Assembly: GCF_004010195.1 (NCBI RefSeq) | Contig: NC_057719.1 | Span: forward strand, 15,014,269 to 15,057,007 | Direction: 5' to 3' | Length of the DNA: 42,739 nucleotides | From: Chiloscyllium plagiosum | Taxonomy: Eukaryota | In this document: one piece after another, positions 12,762 to 24,721 of the stretch | Numbering within the stretch: the stretch's first letter is position 1 | Layout of the letters: every line of letters begins with the position of its first letter | Notes under the pieces: generated by a model | What the model was told of the DNA's origin: nothing | Database searches by the model: none | Seen by the model: only the letters and a program-made list of their open reading frames with translations | Program-made: the position numbers and the translations under genes

Positions 12762-13175
12762 AAAGACTTACAGTAATATAGCAAATTTCACAACAACATG
12801 ACAACCCAAAGCGAATTAAAATGAAATACAAGTCGGTTCTGCTATAACGCATGTTTCAACGTGAATCGGCTTTAACGCGCTTGAAAAATTTAGACTGTTA
12901 TTGTAGAATGTGAACTTTCCTTAACTGAATTGGCTCTAACACGATTCCATCCCCATTAGTTTAAATTGCATGATTTTCTTATGACGTGATATCACACATG
13001 AACAGAACTGGGACATTATTTCAGAACCAACTGTAAATACTATCAATGCACATTCATTGTAGCAATGTAGGAAGCACAGCAACTGTGCACAGTAAGCTTC
13101 CACTAAGAACAATGTGATAATAAGCAATCTGTTTATACAGTTATTGGTTGAGGGCTAAATATTTCCCAAGACAAT
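12762..13175 (-). mobile_element. DeuSINE-like (SacSINE1/AmnSINE-type) SINE with L2-type tail, split by a MITE
   Basis: Minus strand aatatttagccctcaaccaa...cagattgcttattatcacattgttcttagtggaagcttactgtgcac...ttcctacattgctaca recalls the Deu domain; tail cgctttggg...gctatattactgtaagt. Confidence 0.6.
12829..13033. mobile_element. Tc1/mariner (pogo/Tigger-like) MITE
   Basis: TA at 12827-12828 and 13034-13035; imperfect TIRs caagtcggttctgctataacg / cattatttcagaaccaactg; internal repeated (c)tataacg-like motifs. Confidence 0.7.
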
Positions 13176-13974
13176 AAATTGGAGCCTAACCTCTACATAT
13201 TGTCAGTTTGACTCACTGAACTCCATAGTCAAAAGTTTCACGGCCTGAGAATTTCTTTATAAAAGTTATGTCTTAAATCTGTTGCAGTGATGTAAAAATC
13301 TAATTATTGGAGATAGAAGTATTAAAAATATCTTAAATGAGTTCTTTGCATGCAATCCAAGATTATGAAGATTACTTTACTGCACAAATTGTATTATGCA
13401 GCATCCTGCCATATAATTAGTTAAGCCCACTCATTGTCTGTAATGAAACCACTTCTATGTTCTCCTTCCTATCAATAGGAATGCATGCAGCCAAGCATTA
13501 CCATTCTGTGGTGTGTTTTTCAGATTAGCCCAGCGGGACAAAAACATTTAAAATGTGTATGACATTTATGTACCTTCTCAGTATCTAATCTTAATACTAA
13601 CCCTAATGAAAAACACTTTTATTTACTGTTCAAAGGGAAAAAGGTTTAAGTCAATGCAGATGTTTTAAGGTTCTTTGCATGTCTCCTCTCACCATGTGCC
13701 TGGTCTGACCAGACAAGCTCCAGGTTTTGTGATTCCATGTTTTCATTATGGAATAGGTCTAGTTCACAAGGGATAGTATTCACCTTGTTTATAACCAGCT
13801 ATGGGTAAAGTGAATGTGTATCATACTAGATCAAGAAACATAGAACAATATTTTAACAAATTTGAAATCCACTCACTTGTGCAAAGTTAAATTTGGGTAC
13901 TAAGTCTATCAATGCACTGCCCATATTATATTTACATGTGATGTGATTTGAGTTGTATCTGTATCATGTGGGAA

Positions 13975-14560
13975 TTCATTGCACCAGTAATCTAGAGGCT
14001 GAGACCACTGGACTATTTCAAATCACATCAATTGAAGAGTTAAATTTGGTGAATTAAATAAGTTTTGAGTTAAAAGGAAAGTTTCAGAAATGGTGTCTAT
14101 GAAGATACCACATGACTGTCAAAGCCCAATAAAACAGAAATTGCTGGAGAAACTCGGCAGATCTGGCAGTTTCCTTGGAGAGAGAAACAATTAATGTTTG
14201 AGTCTGATATGACCCTCAGCTCCCAATAAGAGTCATATCTGATTTGGAACAATCGACTTTGCTTCTTTCTCTACAGATGCTGTCAAAACTGTTGAGTTTC
14301 TGCAGCATTTTCAGTTCCATTCAGATCATCAGCATCTAATGTATTTTGCGATTTATGATAAAACCCCATTTGGTTTACAATCATCCTTTAGGAAATCTGA
14401 TGTCTTTAACTAATTTAGTTTAGATGTGAACTGCAGATCTATCTATAGTTGACTCTTTAACTACCCATCAAAATGGCGTGTATTCAACAAAACAGCTAAC
14501 CTTCTTTAGTGCAATTAAGCGTGGTCAATAAAATCCACTCCAACTTGTGAATGAATAAAA
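13975..14560 (+). mobile_element. Degenerate tRNA-SINE (family B), interrupted at ~14128-14350
   Basis: aaaaccccatttggttt...cctttaggaaatctg...gttgactcttt matches 21225-21325. Confidence 0.6.
14128..14352 (+). mobile_element. Old fold-back PLE pLTR element
   Basis: aaacagaaattgctggagaaactcggcagatctggcag is mirrored by ctgtcaaaactgttgagtttctgcagcattttcagtt; gatatgacc/agtcatatc at the centre; tail agcatct. Confidence 0.65.
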
Positions 14561-14584
14561 TAATCTTCCTGTGTTGGTACATAA

Positions 14585-15275
14585 GCACATTCAAATAGGA
14601 AAAGAACCATATTGGTCCTTGAATCTACCTTGCCCTCCAGTAAAATTATAGTTGGTACTTTTCCTCAACTTCATTATCCCACCCACTCCCATTATCCCTT
14701 GATGCCCTGAAATTTAAAATCTGCCCTCACATATACTCCACAAGGAGCCTCTATGCTCTTTGGATACACAATTCCAAAGATTGATACCCTCTGAGTGAAT
14801 GAATTTCTGCTCATCTCTATTCCAGACAATCAATTCATTATGCGCCCATGTTCTGGATTCCCCAGTCAGGCGAAACAACTCTCACGATCTACCTAGTAAG
14901 GTCTCTTCAGAATCTTGAACTCTTCAATGAGATCCCATTCTCATTGTTCTAATTTCAAAATATTTAGACTCAACTTCCTCATCCTGTCATTGCAGGGATC
15001 TAGTCCTTATCCCAAGACCCAATCTAGTATCAATTCACTATACAACCTCCAATGCAAGTGTTACGTATAGGGATCAAACTGTGTACAGTGCAACAGATGT
15101 GGTTTCCTACATAGCTGGAGTAAGAGTTCCTCATTCTCATTCTCCAATGTCTTTGTAATAAAGTTCAAAATGACATTTTCCTTCATAAGTGCTTGCTGTA
15201 GATTGTCAACTTTTTTGTATTCCTTGTACAATTACATTCAACTCTCTGCGAACATCAACATTTGGAAGTTTCAAT
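14585..15275 (-). mobile_element. Degenerate CR1 LINE 3' portion
   Basis: Collinear with 30713-31351 (aattccaaagattgataccctctgagtgaatgaatttc; caaactgtgtacagtg). Confidence 0.75.
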
Positions 15276-15304
15276 TCCAGAGCATCCATAACCTGAACTG
15301 GATA

Positions 15305-15815
15305 ATAGTGGAAGGATACTCTTAAACTGGAGAGGGTTCAGAATAGATTTACCAGGATGTTGCTGAGAATGGACGGGTTTGAGATGTAAAAATAGACGGA
15401 ATGGTTGGAATGTTTTTCACTGGAGCGTAGGAAGCTGAGGGGCGACCTTATTGAAATTTGTAAAATCATGAGGGGCATAGATAAAGTGAATGACACCTTT
15501 TCCCAAAGGTGGGGGTGTTTAAAACTAGGGGGCATATTTTTAAAGTGAGAGGAGAAAGATTTATAAAGGATATGAGGGGCAATTTCTTTGTACAGAGAGT
15601 GGTTTGTGTGTGGAATGAACTGCCAGAGAAAGTGATAGATGCAGGTACAGTTACAACGTTTAAAAGATATTTGGATAAGTTCACAAATAGGGAAGGTTTA
15701 GAGGGATATGGGCCAAGCACAGGCAGGTGAGATTAGTTTAGTTTGGGAACATGGACAGTGTGGACCAGTTGGACCGAAGGGTCTGTTTCCATGTTGTATG
15801 ACTCTATGACTCTAT
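15305..15815 (+). mobile_element. CR1 LINE 3' end
   Basis: KTRGHIFKVRGERFIKDMRGNFFVQRVVCVWNELPEKVIDAGTVTTFKRYLDKF; (TATGACTC)n tail. Confidence 0.9.
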
Positions 15816-15940
15816 GATAGAGGTCTTCTGCTCGAAAGGTTGACTGTCCTGTTCTTCAGATGTTGCCAGACCTGCTGTGCTTTACCAGCACCACACTTTT
15901 CGACTCTGATCTCCAGCATCTGCAGTCCTCACGTTCTCCT
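15815..15940 (+). mobile_element. Solo PLE pLTR fragment inserted in the CR1 tail
   Basis: Decayed hammerhead region followed by cctgctgtgctttaccagcacc...tctccagcatctgcagtcctcac; ctatgactc on both sides. Confidence 0.75.
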
Positions 15941-16374
15941 CTATGACTCAATGACTCTTTAGCTGAATCGACTAACGAACAAGATAGAAATGGACTAACC
16001 TAGACCTACATAACCTCTATGAAACCAACACCTTTGCAGAAGCTAACTTTGGAGCCCATCTCTAGAAACAAAGCAGCAAGGTTTTATTGTGTTTTTAAAA
16101 ATATTCTGCTTTCCTATTCTTGTATCCGAGGTGAATGATATTACACTTTCTAGCTTCTTACATCAGACTCTATCAGTCACTGCATTGCCCTGCATCAACA
16201 GTGCATTCATGTTTCTAAGCAGCAAATCCCTTGGCCAAACACAAATGGACTGCCACTTGCCCAAAATAGAACTTTGACTATTTATCATCATTTTCCACGT
16301 CATTTTACCAACTCAGCTTCCAATCCCACCAACTAATTTTCAATTAACGCAATGATCGCTTTCTCCAAAAGAAT

Positions 16375-16684
16375 GGGCGGCATGGTGGCACAGTGGTTAG
16401 CACTGCTGCCTCACAGCGCCAGGGACCTGGATTTGATTCCTGCCTTTAGTGACTATGGAGTTTGCACATCCTCCCCGTGTCTGCGTGGGTTTCCTCTGGT
16501 GCTCTGGTTTCCTCCCACAGTCCAAAGATGTGCAGCTCAGGTGAATTAGCCATGCTAAATTACCCAGAGTGTTAGGTGCATTAGTCAAAGGGAAATGGGT
16601 CTGGGTGGGTTACTCTTCGGAGGGTTGGTGTGGATTTATTGGGCCAAAGGGCCTGTTTCCACATGTAGGTAATCTAATCTAATC
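16375..16684 (+). mobile_element. HE1-type V-SINE
   Basis: gggcggcatggtggcacagtggttagcactgctgcctcacag tRNA head; V-domain ggagtttgcacat..tccccgtgtctgcgtggg; (TAATC)n tail. Confidence 0.9.
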
Positions 16685-16862
16685 AGTATTCCAGTTCAGA
16701 ATTAACCATCAGAAGCAAATACTATTACATTTTGGAATTTTTGTACAGCTCTAAGACTGTAAGAAACTTAGCATTAATGAATTTACCTCCAATGCTAAAA
16801 CCACAATATAATCTCAGGTTTCAGGACCTCCCTAAGCAAAGATGGGAGGTTTCCACCAAAGT

Positions 16863-17283
16863 TTAGATTACAGTGGTGCTGGAAAAGCACAGCAGGTTAG
16901 GCAGCATCCGAGGAGCAGGAAAATTGACATTTTGAGCAAAAGCCCTTCATCAGGAATGGAGGCAGGGAGCCTCCAGGGTGGAGAGATAAATCGGGGNNNN
17001 NNNNNNNNNNNNNNNNNNNNNNNNNNNNNNNNNNNNNNNNNNNNNNNNNNNNNNNNNNNNNNNNNNNNNNNNNNNNNNCTGACAGTGTGGTGCTGAAAAA
17101 GCACAACAGGTCAGGCAGCATCCGAAGAACAGGAGAATCGACGTTTCAGGCTGGAACCCTTCATGAGGAATCCCAAAACGTCGATTTTCCTGCTCCTCGG
17201 ATGCTGCCTGACCTGCTGTCCTTTTCCAGCACCACTCTAATCTAGACTCTGGTTTCCAGCATCTGCTGTCCTCACTTCTGCCT
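16863..17283 (+). mobile_element. Complex tandem/inverted PLE pLTR insertion spanning the assembly gap
   Basis: TSD GGTTTCC(A/T)CCAAAGT at 16848-16862 and 17284-17298; two minus copies and one plus copy. Confidence 0.8.
16997..17078. other. Assembly gap (82 N)
   Basis: Run of n. Confidence 1.
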
Positions 17284-18246
17284 GGTTTCCTCCAAAGTCA
17301 GTCTTGGGTGCAGAAGTAGTTGCTTGATAACAATTCATTTGGTACCCTTTCAACCCTCTCCGGCCTCTTAGGGAATATCTGGATTTCACCCTAGCAACCT
17401 CTTTGTTGTTACCATTTATAAATAGATTAACATCTAAAAATGAGAATTCAGGAAAAAAATTGAGTTCAGAATCTGTCTGGCTCTCAACTGAGTTCCCTCT
17501 TGCCTATTTTCACCTTTGTTTTTAGATTCTCTTAAAGCTGTGTAAAGACACATTGTGACGTGACTTGACCTGTTCCTAATTTGGTGGATTTGAGATTTGC
17601 ACAATCTGTCAAGTGTATGTTTCCCATTTCTCCTGTTCAAGCGATGTGGCATATGCATAGTACTTCGAAAGTAATTCACACCTTGCAGCTCTTGAGGGTT
17701 TTGACAATGTGATAAATTGTTAAGTAAACACAAGGATTTTTTTTTACATTGTAAATGAGGCAAGGGGAGGAGAGTACCTGTAAATTGATTCCAACTTCTG
17801 TTTGAAGAAGGCAATAATTGAATGCTGCCAAATTCAATCAGAACATTACAGAAGTGGGGCCGTTCAGATCCTCAAATCTGTTCCACCATTCATTGAAGGC
17901 CAAATTGTACTCAACTTAATTTTCTTACCTGAGTTTTACACATAGTTTGCAGTATATAGGTCAACCCTGCGTACCAAATAACCTTGGTTTCTCAGTGCCA
18001 AAAAATCATGCTTTTGTAGATACTTAGCATATAAATCAAATCTCTTTTACAGCCATATTTAGCTCCTTTTAAACCATTAAACACTCTGATCATCGCACAC
18101 CGCAATCTCCCACATTCCGTATTTATATTTGTAGTCAGCCTCAGTTTTTCACCCCAGAAAAGCTAGTTGCAGTGTAAGTTTATGGAATCAAGATGATGAT
18201 ATAGGTTGTGCTGTAAAGAAACTGCATAGGAGTTTGTTTAACACAT

Positions 18247-18699
18247 TCCTCATTCCTGATGAAGGGCTTTTACCTGAAACGTTGATTTTCCTGCTCCTCG
18301 GATGCTGCCTGCCCTGCTGTGCTTTTCCAGCACCACACTCTCAACTCTGGAGCGGCACGGTGGCTCAGTGGTTAGCACTGCTGCCTCACAGCACCAGTCT
18401 CCCAGGTTCGATTCCAGCTTCGGGCGACTGTCTGTGTGGAGTTTGCACATTCTCCCCGTGTTTATGTGGGTTTCTCCAGGTGCTCCAGTTTCCTCCCACA
18501 GTCCAAAGATGTGCAGGTCAGGTAAATTGGCCATGTTAAATTGCCCATAGTGTTAGGTGCATTAGTCAGAGGGAAGTGTGTCTGGGTGGGTTACTGTTCG
18601 GAGGGTCGGTATGGACTGGTTGGGCCAAAGGGCCTGTTTCCACACTGTAGGGAATCTAATCTAATCTAATCTCCGGCATCTGCAGTACTCACTTCCTCC
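18247..18699 (+). mobile_element. Solo PLE pLTR element with hammerhead motif, split by an HE1 SINE
   Basis: TSD TTTGTTTAA(C/G)ACAT at 18233-18246 and 18700-18713; CTGATGA at 18256. Confidence 0.85.
18349..18672 (+). mobile_element. HE1-type V-SINE (full length)
   Basis: A box tggctcagtgg, B box ggttcgattcc, V domain, (TAATC)n tail. Confidence 0.92.
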
Positions 18700-18930
18700 T
18701 TTGTTTAAGACATGCCTGCACCAAAGCATATTGTGCATGAGTAGGTGAGTGACAAGACAAAATGGGACCTCCAACGAAACAAATCAAGCACGAAGCTGAT
18801 TTCAAGCTAAAAGTCAAAACATTTGCTTACTGTACACAAGGGAGTCTGATGTTGCTGAGAAACTTCTGCAAGAATGGAAGAAGAAAGAATACACCTTGAG
18901 GAAGATCCTAAGACCTATTCCCCCTGAGGA

Positions 18931-19133
18931 AGCTGAAAATGTGTTGCTGGAACAGCGCAGCAGGTCAGGCAGCATCCAGGGAACAGGAGAATCGACGTTT
19001 CGGGCATAAGCCCTTCTTCAGGCTTATGCCTGAAACGTCGATTCTCCTGTTCCCTGGATGCTGCCTGACCTGCTGCGCTGTTCCAGCAACACATTTTCAG
19101 CTCTGATCTCCAGCATCTGCAGACCTCACTTTC
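18931..19133 (+). mobile_element. Young fold-back PLE pLTR element (82-bp arms, 1 mismatch, ~31-bp tail)
   Basis: Arms 18931-19012 and 19021-19102; TSD TCCCCCTGAG(G/A)AAG at 18919-18932 and 19134-19147; intact hammerhead core on the - strand. Confidence 0.9.
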
Positions 19134-19153
19134 TCCCCCTGAGAAAGATGCCT

Positions 19154-19272
19154 ATTCCTGATGAAGGGCTTTTGCCAAAACGTCGATTTTCCTGCTCCTC
19201 GGATGCTGCCTGACCTGCATCACTCTGATCTAAACTCTGGTTTCCAGCATCTGCAGTCCTCACTTTTGCCTA
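19154..19272 (+). mobile_element. Solo PLE pLTR fragment with internal deletion
   Basis: attcCTGATGAagggcttttgccaaaacgtcg...tttccagcatctgcagtcctcacttttgcct. Confidence 0.8.
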
Positions 19273-19929
19273 AAATCAAGTCCAGTGCTAACTTTATAGA
19301 ACAAAGCAGTCTAATTTTGTGATGGAAAACCAAGATTGCTCTGAGATGTCCAGGAGGTCTCAGTGCCAAAAGAACAGTTTATAACTGTTCCTAATCAAAC
19401 AATTGTAAAAAAACACAAGTAACTATTGACTTACATCAGTAACAGAGGAGATTTTTAACATGCCTTGCACCCTGAAATGAAAAGGATAAAGAGAGATCTA
19501 GTGAAAACCATGCAACACGAAAAGACAAAATGTATAGTGGTATTAACCTGTGTGGTCACTCGAACAAAATTAAAGTTTATGGTCATTCTAAACTTAAAAC
19601 TATGCCAAACATCAAGTTCTGTGCAGAGCTTTATGTGGTTGTCCATGACAATGAGAATGTGGTGACATTATCATGCTGTGTGATAAAGTTGTCCCAGTCG
19701 CCCACACAAAGAATACAGTTTCTTAGTTTTGTAAATGTTCAGATTCCATACAGCTGATGAAATCAAGCTATGCAAGCAAAGTAATATCTGCAATACAGTT
19801 ATACCAGGGGATCTAACATCAGTTTTCAGATGTGTGTCATTCAAGCACCAGACTCACTGTAAAGGGAAGGAACAGATGATTGACAGAGAACGGGATATTT
19901 ACAAAGAATGTGGGAAGCAGGAATCTGTC

Positions 19930-20142
19930 TGGTGAACCTTTGCTGCATTCCCTCCATAGCCAGAACATCCTTTCTTAGATAATGAGACCAAAGCTACACA
20001 TAATACTTCAGATGTGGTCTCACCAATTGCATGAAATATCCCTGCTCCTACACTCAGATCCTCTTGCTGTGAGAGCCATTATACCATTTCCCCTCTTCAC
20101 TCCCTGCTGCACCTGCAAGCATTCTTTCAGCAACTGGTGTAT
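19930..20142 (-). mobile_element. CR1 RT fragment
   Basis: ggtgaacctttgctgcattccctcc...gagaccaaagctacacataatacttcagatgtggtctcacc corresponds to the LVRPHLEYCVQFW region. Confidence 0.75.
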
Positions 20143-20151
20143 AGCCACTAA

Positions 20152-20452
20152 TTTAGATTAGATAGATTAGATTAGATTCCCTACAGTGTGGAAACAGGCC
20201 CTTCGGCCCAACAAGTTCACACCGACCTTCCGAAGAGCAACTCACCTTGACTAATTCACCTAACACTACGGACAATTTAGCATGGCCAGTTCACCTGACC
20301 TGCACATCTTTGGACTGTGGGAGGAAACCGGAGCACCCGAAAGAAACCCACGCAGACACGGGGAGAATGTGCAAACTCCACACAGACAGTTACCCGAGGC
20401 GGGAATTGAACACGGGTCAGTAGTGCTAACCACTAAGCCACCATGCCGCCCC
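20152..20452 (-). mobile_element. HE1-type V-SINE
   Basis: Reverse complement of 18349-18672 with short deletions; (GATTA)n tail. Confidence 0.9.
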
Positions 20453-20537
20453 CTTTTAGAAAGCAAGTCAATTTTATTCAAGCTGTATTCACAATTTAAC
20501 AATGATCAGGCTAGAACAAATGCGTCTTTCAATAACA

Positions 20538-20663
20538 GGGAGAAAGGTGAGGATTGCAGATGCTAGAGAGTCAGAGTCGAAAAGTATAGCACTGGAAAAG
20601 CAGAGCAGGTCAGGCAGCATCTGAGGCACAGGAGAGTCGACATTTCATGCATAAACCTTCAGA
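20538..20663 (-). mobile_element. Solo PLE pLTR fragment
   Basis: Reverse complement of the pLTR consensus from the decayed hammerhead core to the tail. Confidence 0.8.
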
Positions 20664-20699
20664 GTAAAATAATGATTAATTGCTAAGAGACACATCTTT

Positions 20700-21040
20700 C
20701 TTTTATTCATTCACAGGATACAGACAGCATTTACTGCCCAACCTTAATCCCAGAGGGCAGTTTAAAAGTCAACCACATTGCTGTGAGTCTGGAGTCACAT
20801 GTAGGCCAGACCAGATAAGGATGGCAGTTTCCTTCCCTAAAGGACGGTAGTGAACCAGATGGAGATTTTTTCCCAACCATCAACAATGGTTTCATGGTCA
20901 TCAATAGACTCTTCATTCTAGATTTGTTATTGAATTCAAATTTCATCACCTACAATGGCCGGATTTGGACCCAGATCCCCAGGACATTTTCTAAGTCTCT
21001 GGATTAATCATTCAGTGATAATACCACTAGGCCATTGCCT
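20700..21040 (-). mobile_element. tRNA-derived SINE (family B)
   Basis: Minus-strand head ggcaatggcctagtggtattatcactg...ttaatccagag; same as 24830-25163. Confidence 0.85.
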
Positions 21041-21142
21041 TCTCTGAGACTTTGCATCCTGGTCCATTGACTGAAAATTGATTGAAATCAATCCTCTTGC
21101 TGCTTTATTGGTATAAATCGTAATTGGATTTTCACTCTTTCA

Positions 21143-21390
21143 CTGATGTTCTGGGGACATGGAGTCAAACTCTACCATGGCAGCTTGGGATAGTTCAATT
21201 CAATAAATCATACCCATTGGTGTAAAAACCCATCTGATCACTAATGCCTTTTAAGGAGGGAAATCTGCCATTCTGGTCTGGTCTACATGTAACACAGCAA
21301 TGTGGTTGCGTATTGACTGCCCTCTGGATGGTTAGGGATGGGGAATAAATGCTGACCTAGCCAATGATGCCCACATCGCTTGAATTAAAC
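21143..21390 (+). mobile_element. tRNA-derived SINE (family B), 5'-truncated
   Basis: aaaaacccatctgatcactaatgcctttt...cagcaatgtggttg; reverse complement of 20700-21040. Confidence 0.8.
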
Positions 21391-23431
21391 AATTTCCATT
21401 CTTTAGATGAAAGAAGGCATGAATTACATCCACCAAAAGAATAAACTGTCTGTACAATGCATACACCTCTTTCCGTTCCAGATTACAAACAGTCATTCTT
21501 GATGATCCATTACGTACAATTGCCTTCCTTCTTTCACCTTTCCAATCAGTATTCTTTGTTTTTTGCAAGTTGTAAAAATACAAGAGAAAGTGATTTGTAG
21601 AGAGCAATGTCCTCATGTTATTGTGGGAGTGACACAGAGAAGACAAACATTCTAGATACTTCTGGAAGGAATTGTAGTTTGCGCATTTATGCATGTGATT
21701 CTCTGATCATTGCACCAGACACCAAACAAGATTGACAGAAACCCCAGAAGCAGATAATCAATTGCGCATGACCCATCCATTGCTGTATATGGTTTAAAGC
21801 AGATTGGAGGTAGACCCCAAGAGAAGACTACAGGTTTTTCTTTATTCTGAGCTACTCCAGTTATAATATCATCCCTGTAAGATTTGTGTTTTATTTCAGC
21901 AGGGAAAGGGTTAATGTCAGATTGTGCATGCTGCCCTTTATGTCATGTTGAATCGCACTTGATAAAACCCAGGTGCCTTGAATTGCCAAAATCACTTTAC
22001 ATGAGTACAATACTTACTTTTCCCAAATTGCTTTGTCTGACCCTGGGACTGAACATTTAATCCGATTGGAATCACAGGAAATAATTACTGCGAGACTCTA
22101 ACTGTTGTCTTTGCCTGTTTGCCAGTTTTTTCTAGCCTGATGCCTTAACTGCTGTTTGCATTAATAGGGCCCTTTGACGTTCAAGACTGCTTGGCTGCTT
22201 CTCAATGAAGAAACCATAGTCCTGAAGTTTTTCAATGGAATTGAATCTACCCTTACACATGTTAACTCCATCTCCCCTTAACGCCATTAATGTCTGTTAC
22301 CTTTCCGCATATTAGCCAGAGAATGTGTTTCTTAATGCCCAAGCTGCCAGTGGGCATTGATTGCCACTAATTTTATTGCTACCTTTTCTGTATGTTTGAT
22401 GTCTTTGGGAACAGAGAACGGGCTTTTTACTGATGATCTGTTCGGCATCTACTTTTATGTCCTCATCCTTAAGATCCGACAGATATAATTTGAGTGGAAC
22501 ATGCTGTTACCAATATTCTAGATACTTAGAAAATATATAAACATTATAATACCATAAATATCTAAAGAAAAATTAGTATGCAACAAATAGCATATGTTTA
22601 TATTAGTCGGCTAATAGTTAACAAAGGGCATTCATGAACCAGTGTGTTTTTATATCAAAGCAACACTTTCAAAGTCATATGAACACTTACATATTGTACA
22701 GTTTTAAATTCCACTTTTTAAAAACTGAAATCTAATTCTCAATTTGCAATGGTGGGACTGGAATTCATTCTCTCTGGATTAGTACTTCAGTCCATTAGAA
22801 TTCATTACTATTATGTTATTTGTACCTTGAATGCTTTGACATCAACATGGTGAGGAAGAACTTTTATTCCTTACAGTGTCCACACAGTTCACTGCCCATT
22901 TATTGGAAAGGATATGAAATACCATCAGGCTGCACTATGTGCAAGGCCTGCTCTACGCCTGATTCCCCACAGCATCCAATAGCTCTAGGCACAGAAACAG
23001 GAAAACATGCCTCCGTTAGTTTCACTAGAAATCAGTGAAACTCGAGAGGTCTGTATATTCTGACATTACCCTGTGTAATAATAACCTTGGAATGCTGAAT
23101 ATATTGGTCTCAAATTACCTTATCCAACATCAACAACAAACCTGAGAAGAAAGAGACAGAATGAGAATTAGAGAGGGAACTTAAGGCTTAGACAGTAAAA
23201 GTCACAGCCACCAATCAACCTGCGTACCAGCTGTCTGAGCTGCGTAATGACAATATAGAGTGGAATTTCAACCAATAGTGACAACCGTATACTCCAAACT
23301 AACAGTTTAATCTGAATAATTATCTCTCAACAATTATTCCATCCTTTTTTTCATCATCTACAATTGTTCTTTAGCATTCACAAATTGTAACATCTAAAAA
23401 ACATTTCTGTCTATGCATGCATGGGATCTCC

Positions 23432-23505
23432 CACTCTCTCGCTTTCTCTCACACACCTACACACACGCATGCACACAGATACACACACACATACACACCC
23501 ACACA
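23432..23505. repeat. (TC)/(CA) microsatellite
   Basis: ctctctc...acacacacac. Confidence 0.85.
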
Positions 23506-24721
23506 AGGTGTTAATGGGTTACAGGATTTACACCCAGCAAAGTTGATATATTTCCAAATCACGGGATGGCGGTGCATGTTTCATGTGCCTGCAGTCTTTA
23601 CAGGCAGAAGAAGATTGTGGATTTAGAAAATAACCTTAAAGGTGCTTTGTCCAGGTATTGCCTTCATTTCTGGGATGGTACACGTAAGACATGGATGCCA
23701 GTGGTGAACAAAATGAACATGAATCTATACGTAACTTGGAAAATGGACAAACTGGTGTCTATATACCAACATGTTTTTAAAGGAAAGGTACAGCTACATT
23801 AATACTATCTGTGTTTGTATGGATCAAAACATTTTTGATGATTCTTTCTTTAAATATATAACTCAGCTTTATCAATTAAACTGATTTAATCAATTTCTCC
23901 ATCTCCCTGTCACCTCCTCAGGTAGAAGAGAAATAGAATAGTTAAGAATGGATTTGTGGTGAATTTGGATTAAAATGATAAAATACTCCATGGTTCCAGT
24001 CACGCTGAAACCGTGTTATCTCTGGCATTTAAAAAATGCAGATTGTAATGTTAGATTTACAGTCTGGATTGGAATTATCTTTATGAAGCAATGTCACCAG
24101 CTCCAGCATTATGTTTCCTTTGGCATTGATCCTCTTCCTTGACTTTTTAATGTTGAAATAAATTAGGCTCTAATTGCTGAACTTATATCAAGTAGAGCAC
24201 CAAATTATCCAATTATTACGGTTGTGACTAGCTGAGCTGCTATTTTCTTCATGCTCCATTGCAACAGGGAATTGCTGATGGAAGCTTGTCTTGAAAGCAA
24301 TGGAAAATAAATTTGGTTGGGGTCTAATCAAGACTGCTGATTGGCCACCACCCATTTTTGCTAGTGTCCAAGACCAATATTTTCCCCCAAATGTTTCATC
24401 ATTTCACTCGAGCATGCATGAGGGTTCAGTTAATGTGAATCTATCGTGATTTGTGCCACTGTAGGGAGCTATCAATCCACTAAATGCATACTCAAAGGGC
24501 TGAAAAGTAATGTCTGCATCTGATGAAAAGTCCATTTTCAGAATAATAAACACAATTCATATTGATTTCTTTGCTATTATGTCAATGCATAGCATCAAGT
24601 AATGAAGCCATTAATTTTCACATCAATTTTCACAATTACACACTGAATCCAAAATAATAGAATATAGCAGAACAATATAGCAATGTTTCCACACTGTAAT
24701 TAATCCAATCTAATCTAATCT

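Noticed and set aside
17490..17560. Strong polypyrimidine acceptor ending at ~17525
   Set aside because: All three frames stop within ~35 nt; no evidence of use.
16375..18430. tRNA genes
   Set aside because: These are tRNA-derived SINE heads that continue into V-domain and LINE-like tails.
15815..20663. CRISPR-like array of recurring palindromic repeats
   Set aside because: Irregular kb-scale spacing, both orientations, individual TSDs, vertebrate context and no cas genes.
21332..21694. 120-aa minus-strand ORF
   Set aside because: No recognisable domain, and its end runs into a SINE.
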